Source: a virus | Strand: one strand, 5' to 3' | Length of the DNA stretch: 37,583 nt | IMG/VR virus record: IMGVR_UViG_3300029728_000029 | In this document: positions 7,923 through 15,679 of the stretch, in pieces | Layout: each line of letters opens with the position of its first letter | Position numbering within the stretch: the stretch's first letter is position 1 | Translations under genes and position numbers: made by a program | Notes under the pieces: model-generated | What the model was told of the DNA's origin: nothing | The model's input: only the letters and a program-made list of their open reading frames with translations | Database searches by the model: none

Positions 7923-8488
7923 ATCATATCAAATTTAAAAATAACATCCTGACCAGCATATAAATAGTCCTTAATTTCAAAAGGGTACATTTCCCCCTTT
8001 CCGTCTTCAGCCGTGAAACATGTATAGGTATGTCCATCTTTTTCGTAAAAATCATTTAAATAGCATTTTTTTGACAATAAAAACGGATGATAAGTACCTA
8101 TGTTTAATTCATATTCACAAAAAGCAAATTTAAGTAGCTCTTTTTCAAAATATTTATCTAACCTAATTCTGTGCCCCTTCAGACATTCTACCTTTTTAGG
8201 GTTAATGTGCGTTAATCTAATGTCTGTCAAGTTGACATAATAGTCCGAAGCTTCGCCGTTCTTTTGTATTATGCTTGTTTCTACAAAAACAAATTCATCT
8301 CCATTTTTCCCGACATCTATTATTTTGTATTTTCCGGTATCTTTATTTTTGCATGCTATGATTCTATTAACGGAACCGTTAATTAAATCAACATCTTTTA
8401 ATGTACCGATCATCTTATATATTTCGTCCTTCTGTCTAAACGAACCGTGTAAATCGTTTAGCTCTTTTAATCTTATTTTTTGTAACAT
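7919..8488 (-). CDS. Hypothetical early protein
   Basis: A 189-aa ORF. No motif recognised. Confidence 0.55.
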   Translation of the reverse strand: MLQKIRLKELNDLHGSFRQKDEIYKMIGTLKDVDLINGSVNRIIACKNKDTGKYKIIDVGKNGDEFVFVETSIIQKNGEASDYYVNLTDIRLTHINPKKVECLKGHRIRLDKYFEKELLKFAFCEYELNIGTYHPFLLSKKCYLNDFYEKDGHTYTCFTAEDGKGEMYPFEIKDYLYAGQDVIFKFDMI

Positions 8489-8500
8489 AATCTTTTTTTT

Positions 8501-8863
8501 TTATCCAACAATCCTAATTTCATTCATATGTAAATAAGACATATTATTTAGCCAATAGTATGGTATAAATGAATGATATAATGTCCCGTTATCATATAAT
8601 CCCCCAAAAATAAAATCATTTTCACCCGAATTAGATATTATATCAATTTCTCTATACCCTAATCGAGCTATATTACGCTTCTTTTTTAGGTATTTTAGCT
8701 CTTTTTTGGCGTCTTCTGGACATAATTTAATATTATTATTCCATAATTTAGTAGAAATGTCTTTTCCCCTTCTGTTGCTTTCTCTAATGAGATAATTTAT
8801 TTGTCTATAGGTTATTTCGCCTTTTGATATAATAGTATTTAATATATTATTTATCTCTTCCAT
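8501..8863 (-). CDS. Hypothetical early protein
   Basis: A 120-aa ORF. No motif recognised. Confidence 0.55.
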   Translation of the reverse strand: MEEINNILNTIISKGEITYRQINYLIRESNRRGKDISTKLWNNNIKLCPEDAKKELKYLKKKRNIARLGYREIDIISNSGENDFIFGGLYDNGTLYHSFIPYYWLNNMSYLHMNEIRIVG

Positions 8864-9001
8864 TTTTCACTAATTTATTTTCAAATGACAATTCTTTTAC
8901 ATTTATTCCTTTACGGACGCAATAAGTAATAATTACTCCCAAGTTATAGGAGCTATATCCAAACAATCTTTCCTCGTTTTCTACTTTCAATATGTTTTTA
9001 T

Positions 9002-9184
9002 TTAGAAGTTCCAATAAATTAAATATTCTCCGCCTCTTGGCCCCGTATGCGTGTGCTCAAGTCTATTTCGTTTCTTATTCCAATACAATTCACCTTGTAC
9101 CCAATACTTTTTACCGTTTACTTCATACTCAAAGTAATTATTGTCTCTATAAGTGCCTTTTATTGTCTTCATAGCTGTTTTCAT
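9002..9184 (-). CDS. First leftward gene; small basic protein with NGKKYW and HTGPRGGEY motifs
   Basis: A 60-aa ORF. The GPRGG.Y plus GKK.Y pattern resembles the small basic adaptor domain described in chlorovirus and phage proteins. This is from memory and unverified. Confidence 0.5.
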   Translation of the reverse strand: MKTAMKTIKGTYRDNNYFEYEVNGKKYWVQGELYWNKKRNRLEHTHTGPRGGEYLIYWNF

Positions 9185-9240
9185 ATTGATAATGTTTTTA
9201 GTGTTAATATTCGTCTTCTTTTATTTCCTTTTCTGTATTA

Positions 9241-9248
9241 CAAATATA
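9241..9248 (-). promoter_or_regulatory. Candidate leftward (early) promoter -7 box, TATATTTG
   Basis: The plus-strand caaatata reads TATATTTG on the minus strand, matching the Bacteroidota TAnnTTTG -7 consensus. It lies about 57 nt upstream of the 9184 ATG. The -33 TTTG is only partial. Confidence 0.3.
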
Positions 9249-9537
9249 CAAAACTTCTTGAAATTACACAACATTTTTCTCAGAAAAATGTATTATATCT
9301 CATATGTTTTAACTATATATTAACATATCGAATACTATGTTTACATATTGAGCTGTCATTATAGCGAGTCGCCTTTTTACGCCTTGGCTTTCCATAGTGC
9401 CCTAGCATGATAACCCGACCTATTTAGGGTATCTTTTATCTCTTTTCTTGTTAACTTATCTTGTGTTTTTCTTTTATTGTTAACATTGCTTGGAGTTTTC
9501 TTTAGAAAAAAAAGAAAGGAAATAACTACATGCAGAG

Positions 9538-9628
9538 ACTATATATTATATATATTATTACTATATATGAATTGTATATATATACATAAAGGAGATACAT
9601 TCATAACGTGCGTGTGTGTGCGCGCGCA
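9538..9628. other. TA-rich tract (9538-9588) followed by a 23-nt perfect alternating purine-pyrimidine tract (9606-9628)
   Basis: The TA-rich part reads actatatattatatatattattactatatatgaattgtatatatatac. The alternating tract reads acgtgcgtgtgtgtgcgcgcgca. Both sit at the point where transcription diverges and purine loading switches strand. Confidence 0.6.
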
Positions 9629-10003
9629 GTTCTGTTTGCTAATGCGGTGAATAACAACACGTTACAGAGGTGAAAATGTTAATATCTCATTTGGAATTAA
9701 GTTAAAACAATACGGAAATGTTAACGGAATTGTTTCACATGAAACAGAGCGGAGAGCGGGGCGACTGATGGAGGAGAAGGGATAACGGAACCGGAAGCCA
9801 GACGACAGAAAGCAAAGCGAGGATGAAGCAAAGAGATGAGTGGGAAGGAATCGGGGAATCTCTTTGGGAATCGGAATCTCATAAGGGGTTGCATTGGTTA
9901 GCTCCGAAGCGAGGGGCACAGCCCCGAGCGAGGTTATTACTTCCTTTGTTTTGTTTTTGAGTCAGGGGTAAACAGGGGTAGGGGGTCGGGCTTTATTAAT
10001 AAA

Positions 10004-10034
10004 TTTGGAAATTCGACTAAAAGTATTACCTTTG
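10004..10034 (+). promoter_or_regulatory. Candidate rightward (late) promoter, TTTG-N19-TAccTTTG
   Basis: TTTG lies at 10004-10007 and TACCTTTG at 10027-10034, which fits the Bacteroidota -33/-7 consensus. The ATG at 10039 is only 4 nt beyond the box, so the transcript would be near-leaderless or the true start codon lies further downstream. Confidence 0.35.
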
Positions 10035-10038
10035 TTGT

Positions 10039-10473
10039 ATGGGTACAGCGATAGACATAATCAAGGGGAAAGAAGAGCGGGCGCTACGCAGGCAGGAAAT
10101 GGAGGAGCGTGGAGAGATAAAGAAGTACGAAGTAGACGACAAGGTACGTGAAGAGTTCAGGGCGACATTTGGGAAGACGGTAGCGTTTTTGGACATGATA
10201 GGGGTGAGGGAGAAGTTGGAGGAGATATTAGGGGACATAGAAGTAGCTGATAGTCCGGCAACGATAAGCAAGTTAAAGGGTAAGTTAGATGTCATTATGA
10301 AGTACGTGAATGTGTTCAAGGCAGCGAGTGACAGTATCAACCGGACGGAGAAGACGATAATCAAGGAGCAGAGGGGAGAAGAAACAGAATCGGTAATGAG
10401 TGGAGATACGGGGAATATAGAGATAATAGAAAAGATAGACTATGATACTATTGCCGGAGCGGTTAAACGATAA
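10039..10473 (+). CDS. Putative small terminase subunit (by position)
   Basis: A 144-aa charged, helical ORF immediately upstream of the large terminase and overlapping it by 32 nt. It is the first gene of the late arm. Confidence 0.45.
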   Translation: MGTAIDIIKGKEERALRRQEMEERGEIKKYEVDDKVREEFRATFGKTVAFLDMIGVREKLEEILGDIEVADSPATISKLKGKLDVIMKYVNVFKAASDSINRTEKTIIKEQRGEETESVMSGDTGNIEIIEKIDYDTIAGAVKR

Positions 10474-11836
10474 GCAGATAGAGTTATACAATTTGTTGAA
10501 TGAGGACAGATATGTAGAGTATTTGTTTTACGGTTCGAGCAGGGCTGGGAAGACATTTTTGATATTTGCGTGGTTTGTGACTCAGTGTATAAGATACGGG
10601 GCTAATTGTTTGATAATACGGAATACGTTTACGTCGTTAAACAATGGTATGTTGATGCAGACAGTACCGGCGGTATTGAATTCTATGGCGAGGCGTTGGG
10701 GTTACAGTGATTACAAGAAGGTGATGATAGGTGGGGATAGGTTTGCTCGGTATGTAAACAAGGACGACAGTTTGGTATTCTACAATGGTTCCTACATAAA
10801 GTTCGGGAGTTTGCGGGGGAGTTCGGACAGTGAGTCGAAATATGATTCGATATTAAGTACGGAATGGGGGCATATATTTTTGGATGAGATAAGTGAGATA
10901 AGTTGGCAGCCGGTAAGTAAGTTATTGACACGGTTAGCTCAGAAGTTACCGGTAAAGAACAAGATGTTGTATGCGTTGAATCCGTGCAGTAAGAATCATT
11001 GGAGTTACAAGAGGTTTTTTTTGCAGGAGGATTACGATACGGGGATGAAGTTAGACCCGAGTATACAGGCGATGTTGTACAAGAAGCATTTCAGTGTAGA
11101 GGACAACAAGGAGAATGTATCTTCGAGTTATATGTTGACGATGAAGAGTTTGTCGAAGATAGACAAGCGTAGGTTTTTGGACGGGGAGTATTACGATGAG
11201 ATGGAGGGGGAGATATTCCACCATATACCATGGGGGACAATGCCGGAAGAAGAATCGTTTGTACGATATATAATCTACGTAGACCCGTCGGCAAAGGAGA
11301 GTGTAAAGAACGATTACAAGGCATGCGTATTGTTGGGGTTGACGAAAGACAAGATATGGTTGGTGGACGTATATGCAGTACAGGGGAGCACATACGAGAT
11401 GTTGGAAGGCATATATAGCTTATACGTAAAATGTCCGATAACGCCACGTTTATACATTGAAAAAAAGCAAGTTCCGTTGGATTTCAACAAAACATTGCTT
11501 AACTTTCAGGCGCAAAAGGGGTGGATATGTCCGATAGAGTGGGACACGCGCAATCACGGTAACAAGTTTTACAACATTGAGTCCACTTTAGACCCGTTGT
11601 TCAAGAATGGGGGGATAATGTTCAACGACAAGATGAAGAACACTCCTATGGGTGAGATTACTGTGCAGCAGTTTTTGGAGTTTTCGAGGAAAGAGAGTCC
11701 GTTGAAGAAAGACGACATACCGGACGCGGTAGCCAAAGGAGTTTCGTTAATGGGGAGGAATCTTAAGATAGTCAATCCAGCCCAGAAAAAGACGAAGATG
11801 TTTATAGCGATAGGAGGGAAATTAAAGTCCTTATAA
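10442..11836 (+). CDS. terL: Terminase large subunit
   Basis: Walker A is YGSSRAGKTF and Walker B is HIFLDEISE. The 464-aa size, the C-terminal nuclease-like region (YVDPS, DDIPDA) and the position ahead of the portal gene all fit. Confidence 0.9.
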   Translation: MILLPERLNDKQIELYNLLNEDRYVEYLFYGSSRAGKTFLIFAWFVTQCIRYGANCLIIRNTFTSLNNGMLMQTVPAVLNSMARRWGYSDYKKVMIGGDRFARYVNKDDSLVFYNGSYIKFGSLRGSSDSESKYDSILSTEWGHIFLDEISEISWQPVSKLLTRLAQKLPVKNKMLYALNPCSKNHWSYKRFFLQEDYDTGMKLDPSIQAMLYKKHFSVEDNKENVSSSYMLTMKSLSKIDKRRFLDGEYYDEMEGEIFHHIPWGTMPEEESFVRYIIYVDPSAKESVKNDYKACVLLGLTKDKIWLVDVYAVQGSTYEMLEGIYSLYVKCPITPRLYIEKKQVPLDFNKTLLNFQAQKGWICPIEWDTRNHGNKFYNIESTLDPLFKNGGIMFNDKMKNTPMGEITVQQFLEFSRKESPLKKDDIPDAVAKGVSLMGRNLKIVNPAQKKTKMFIAIGGKLKSL

Positions 11837-11837
11837 T

Positions 11838-12230
11838 ATGATAGAGATAAAAGATTTATATCAATGGATACAGCCTAACACATGTGATGAGATAATAGGC
11901 ATGAATCCGACGGCATTGGAAGACGCCTATGTATCCGCTATAGGCTATTTGGCTGGCGAGATAGGGAATATATACGATTTGGAGGAGATGTTGCCGGTAA
12001 TGAAGGATGTCCATCCTGATTTGTTCTTTATGGTAAGGGTATTGACGGCATCAGCCTTTATGGGTTCTACATTTGCGTGGAGTACTGTTTTCACGAACCA
12101 GTACAACAGTGTGATGTCTACTATACACAGGATGAAGTCTGGGACATCCCGCATGACTGGGGCGGTTAACAAGCCTGAGCCTAACGCGATAGGTAAAATA
12201 GTAACGAACATAAATGATTATATAGGCTAA
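11838..12230 (+). CDS. Possible head-tail adaptor (Mu gp36 / DUF1320-like)
   Basis: The N-terminus IEIKDLYQWIQ....LEDAYVSAIGYLAGEIGNIYDL resembles the DUF1320 pattern as I recall it. The ORF is 130 aa and lies between terminase and portal. Confidence 0.35.
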   Translation: MIEIKDLYQWIQPNTCDEIIGMNPTALEDAYVSAIGYLAGEIGNIYDLEEMLPVMKDVHPDLFFMVRVLTASAFMGSTFAWSTVFTNQYNSVMSTIHRMKSGTSRMTGAVNKPEPNAIGKIVTNINDYIG

Positions 12231-12231
12231 T

Positions 12232-13572
12232 ATGACAATCTGGAATACACCCCAAATAGACCCTTATTACATTCCCAAGTCTGTAGGGACTGGAGTAGTT
12301 AAGTCAAAATATCTTATTAACTATTATGACACTCCGTATACAGCGAAATACTGGAGGGATGCGATAGACAGGGCTATAAATTACAGTGATTTGTACTACT
12401 ATGGCGTTTTGCAGTCGTGGGCTATACAGTCGAGTCCTTTTTTGGTGTCCTTATTGGACAAGAGATATGTTCCTGCCCAAAAGAACTTCTATGCTTTGGC
12501 GAAATACGGGGAAATGAGCAGGATAGACGACAAATTCTCCAAATATTTTACGCAGACCAACATTTTCAAGCAGCTTGTTTGCCGTGCTCCGTTAAACGCG
12601 AAGATTCGCGGGGTAGCAGGCAAGCAGATAGACATAGAAAAGGACATTGTAACGGATTTCCCTATGCGGAATATAGACATGTTCAACAGGGCGATACGTT
12701 ATATGACATTTGATATCCAGAGTGTGGCTAAATTTGACGATTACGACAACATGTTTTATTTCGAGGCTTCTCCTGAAGAAGACTATAAATTAGGTCTGAT
12801 GCAGGAGGTTACACGGGCTATAATCGAGATAGTGAATTCTTATCGCAATTGGGGCATTCTGACGGGGCGTTATTCCTATCCTCGCTATACGATAGGGTAT
12901 CAGGCGCAGAACGAAGAAGCACAGCAGATAGCAGCGGAATACGCCAGATTGATAAATGACCCTACCGCCACACCGGTAGTTCCCTTTGAGGTAAACGAAT
13001 TGTCCACGAATAAGGAGAGGAAATACCAAGTAGAGATAAATTCCGTCAATACGGAAGCTCCGAGCGAAGCTTTCAGGGCTCACAAGGAGTTGGTAGACAA
13101 GTGGGAAAGCGAGCTTATGCAGCTTCTCACCGGAAGTACGTTAATCGGGAACACCGAAAAGAACACGAATTCCGAGCAGTTGGCGGAAATTCACATGCAA
13201 TTGTACAAGAATATCCTTGACGAAGACAACAAGGACATTTTAAGGGTGACGAATACCCAGACCATGCCGAAATTGGCGAGATTGATAAAGAACAAGGATT
13301 TGACGGATTATCAGGTAGTGATTATTCCCGACAAGAGTATCTCTGTCAAGCATTTTATCCAGATTACGGATACTTTGAGCAAGCAAGGGTTGCGGATTTC
13401 CGAACAATTCCTGCAAAAAGTGGGGTTGGATGAAGGGGATATCGACAAAAAAGTCACCAACAAGTCATGGATTACCAACACAGTAGACAAGATAAAGAGC
13501 ATTTTTACCCCTAAAAGCAAGAAAGATGGCGGATACGATGCAGGATATGATAAACAAGCTCAAGAGCCTTAG
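12232..13572 (+). CDS. Portal protein
   Basis: A 446-aa ORF directly after the terminase module with an acidic C-terminus. Size and synteny fit; no motif was verified. Confidence 0.65.
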   Translation: MTIWNTPQIDPYYIPKSVGTGVVKSKYLINYYDTPYTAKYWRDAIDRAINYSDLYYYGVLQSWAIQSSPFLVSLLDKRYVPAQKNFYALAKYGEMSRIDDKFSKYFTQTNIFKQLVCRAPLNAKIRGVAGKQIDIEKDIVTDFPMRNIDMFNRAIRYMTFDIQSVAKFDDYDNMFYFEASPEEDYKLGLMQEVTRAIIEIVNSYRNWGILTGRYSYPRYTIGYQAQNEEAQQIAAEYARLINDPTATPVVPFEVNELSTNKERKYQVEINSVNTEAPSEAFRAHKELVDKWESELMQLLTGSTLIGNTEKNTNSEQLAEIHMQLYKNILDEDNKDILRVTNTQTMPKLARLIKNKDLTDYQVVIIPDKSISVKHFIQITDTLSKQGLRISEQFLQKVGLDEGDIDKKVTNKSWITNTVDKIKSIFTPKSKKDGGYDAGYDKQAQEP

Positions 13573-14008
13573 GAATTGTGTAAGGGACGAAATGCCCAAG
13601 GCGATATCGGAAAGCATGCTCAAGGAAACGAAGCAGAATTTCCAGAAAGAGGCATATACTAACGACGGAGGGGCACAGAAATGGAAAGAGCGTATGTATG
13701 ACGTGCACAATACGCCTATCGGTGTAAAGTTGCCTTATCCCAAACTAAGGAGGACAGGGAGATTATACAATTCTATCAAGAAAATAACCGATGTACCGTA
13801 CACGGCAGGGTTAAAAACCAGCGTTCCGTACGCACAATTGCAGAATGAAGGAGGGAAGTCTCCTAAAAGATGGGTTCAGCCTGCCTATAAAATATACAGG
13901 AAACCCCCTCAAATATCAGCCCGCCAATTCATGGGAGTAGGAGCGAGGACTTATAGGCTCGCACATAGGGCGATTTTGACGGTTTGGAACAAAAATTTCA
14001 ATAAATAA
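13526..14008 (+). CDS. Virion morphogenesis protein (Mu G / P2 S / HK97 gp10-like)
   Basis: The 160-aa ORF lies between portal and protease, as Mu G does. The motif is GGAQKWKER....PKLRRTGRLYNSIK (TG.L..SI). Confidence 0.4.
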   Translation: MADTMQDMINKLKSLRNCVRDEMPKAISESMLKETKQNFQKEAYTNDGGAQKWKERMYDVHNTPIGVKLPYPKLRRTGRLYNSIKKITDVPYTAGLKTSVPYAQLQNEGGKSPKRWVQPAYKIYRKPPQISARQFMGVGARTYRLAHRAILTVWNKNFNK

Positions 14009-14054
14009 TTGATTGATAATAAAAAACTTCATATTTTAGCGAAAAATAGGGCAT

Positions 14055-15497
14055 ATGATAGGGTTATTGACTAAAAAATTAATAGATTTTTTCAGGCAAA
14101 CGGATATTGTCATAGAGAATCATATACCCGTATTGACGTCTAATGTATCGGACGGAAGGACAGTAGTAAACACTACATTGCCGGCTATTGTAGTAACCGT
14201 AGATTCAGCCCCTAACAATATGGTTTATATTGGCGGTCTGATAAGGGACAACATCAATATAGACATTGTAGTAATGGACAGGCTGGTAAATTATACCCTA
14301 TCAGGAGAGACGGATATATACCAATGGAGGCGGAATCTCGCATATAAGCTTAGGACAGAGCTTTTCACGGAGAGGGCGTCCGAATTTTTCAAGGATATAC
14401 TTCAAGGGAACAACTTTTTGCCTATGTATCGTGGCATGAATAACTTTATCAAGCAGGGATACAAGGAAGACACGGAAGAAGATATCGAATGCTGGCGTAT
14501 GAAATTCGAGTGTGTCATGGTGGACAATTCTACCATAGACATAACCTATATAAAAGCCAAATCAGGCTCTGTGCAGCTTATAGACAAGCAGATAAATCCC
14601 GTCACCCCTATACATCCCCATTATGGGATAGAAGAGATGATGTGGAAGTACGGCTATGGGCAGTATATCCCTGATTTGTTAGATATGATTGTCACGAGCG
14701 GTCAGATAACAGACCAGTATAAGGATAATGGGACAACCCCTATCCCAAGGGAATTAACCAAAGATGTATTATTTTTCCCTGAAAATTTCCCTATGAAAAC
14801 TACTTATTTGGATTTATACGGGATATCGCTCATGAATCATATCCCTCAAAATGAGGAAATGGTTTCATTTAGGAATAATATCAGTCTTCGGTATATGGAT
14901 ATTGACACCTCATCATGTAATTTAACAAGCGGATTCTTAAACTGTTTCAATTTAAGAAGGATAAACAAGGATAATATTGTAGATTGTAGTAATAATACAA
15001 CTTTTACAAATGTATTTTGTAATTGCTACATGTTGGAAGATGTAAGCCTTATAAATATAAACGTAGATAAGAACTTAACTTGGTCGAGAGCATTTAGAAT
15101 AGATACTTCCATAGAGTATTTTAATCTGAAAAATATATCATTTTCTCCAAAATTAATAGGGATTTCTTTTCAATATATGTTTTATAATCAACAGTATTTG
15201 GAGAATATAAACGGGGAAATAGATTTTACAAAGATAAGCGCTACAACGGGCACGAATCTAATGTTTTATGCTTGTGATAACCTGAAGGAAGTAAGATTCA
15301 CTCAAGAATCGTTGAAATATGATTTGCAAATGGCTCAATCAAGGTCTTTAAGCCTTGAATCCCTGCAAAGCATTATTGACGGATTAGGGAATGTAACCAC
15401 TACGAGAACATTATCTTTAAATTCGACAGCATATAATAAGTTGACGGAAGAGCAAAAACAGTCGGCAACAGATAAAGGTTGGACAATAACTGGTTAA
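14055..15497 (+). CDS. Structural-module protein with C-terminal BspA-type leucine-rich repeats
   Basis: Repeated segments F.NC..L..I, CSNNTTFTNVFCNCYMLEDVSLININ, FQYMFYNQQYLENINGEIDF and MFYACDNLKEVRF are present. The C-terminus is LTEEQKQSATDKGWTITG. Confidence 0.6.
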   Translation: MIGLLTKKLIDFFRQTDIVIENHIPVLTSNVSDGRTVVNTTLPAIVVTVDSAPNNMVYIGGLIRDNINIDIVVMDRLVNYTLSGETDIYQWRRNLAYKLRTELFTERASEFFKDILQGNNFLPMYRGMNNFIKQGYKEDTEEDIECWRMKFECVMVDNSTIDITYIKAKSGSVQLIDKQINPVTPIHPHYGIEEMMWKYGYGQYIPDLLDMIVTSGQITDQYKDNGTTPIPRELTKDVLFFPENFPMKTTYLDLYGISLMNHIPQNEEMVSFRNNISLRYMDIDTSSCNLTSGFLNCFNLRRINKDNIVDCSNNTTFTNVFCNCYMLEDVSLININVDKNLTWSRAFRIDTSIEYFNLKNISFSPKLIGISFQYMFYNQQYLENINGEIDFTKISATTGTNLMFYACDNLKEVRFTQESLKYDLQMAQSRSLSLESLQSIIDGLGNVTTTRTLSLNSTAYNKLTEEQKQSATDKGWTITG

Positions 15498-15679
15498 TTA
15501 TGACGGAGTTAAAAGCAAGAAAAGGTTATGTATATACCGACAAAAACAAAACATTTTTTGCCGAAACAATTGTGTTGGGGAAATATGACAAGAAAGAGAA
15601 CTATCGGCAAATGAAAATAGAGGGTAACGAAGAATTAATAGAAAATTATAAAAATGGTAAGGCAAGTATTATCGGATGA
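15479..15679 (+). CDS. Hypothetical small protein
   Basis: A 66-aa ORF overlapping both neighbours in the head module. Confidence 0.35.
   Translation: MDNNWLIMTELKARKGYVYTDKNKTFFAETIVLGKYDKKENYRQMKIEGNEELIENYKNGKASIIG

Noticed and set aside
9662-9919. Listed 85-aa minus-strand ORF in the control region
   Set aside because: It is the antisense of a GA-rich tract, which gives a P/S/L/F-rich low-complexity translation. It has no plausible start context, no coupling to neighbours and a composition unlike every other gene, so it is probably non-coding.
10026-11447. Long minus-strand ORFs antisense to terS/terL (10026-10364, 10285-10491, 10683-10931, 11091-11447)
   Set aside because: They are explained by the extreme C-poverty of the sense strand, which leaves few stop codons on the antisense. 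Their translations are P/S/L/T/C/H-rich (residues encoded by codons rich in C and T), and they fully overlap a well-supported terminase gene.
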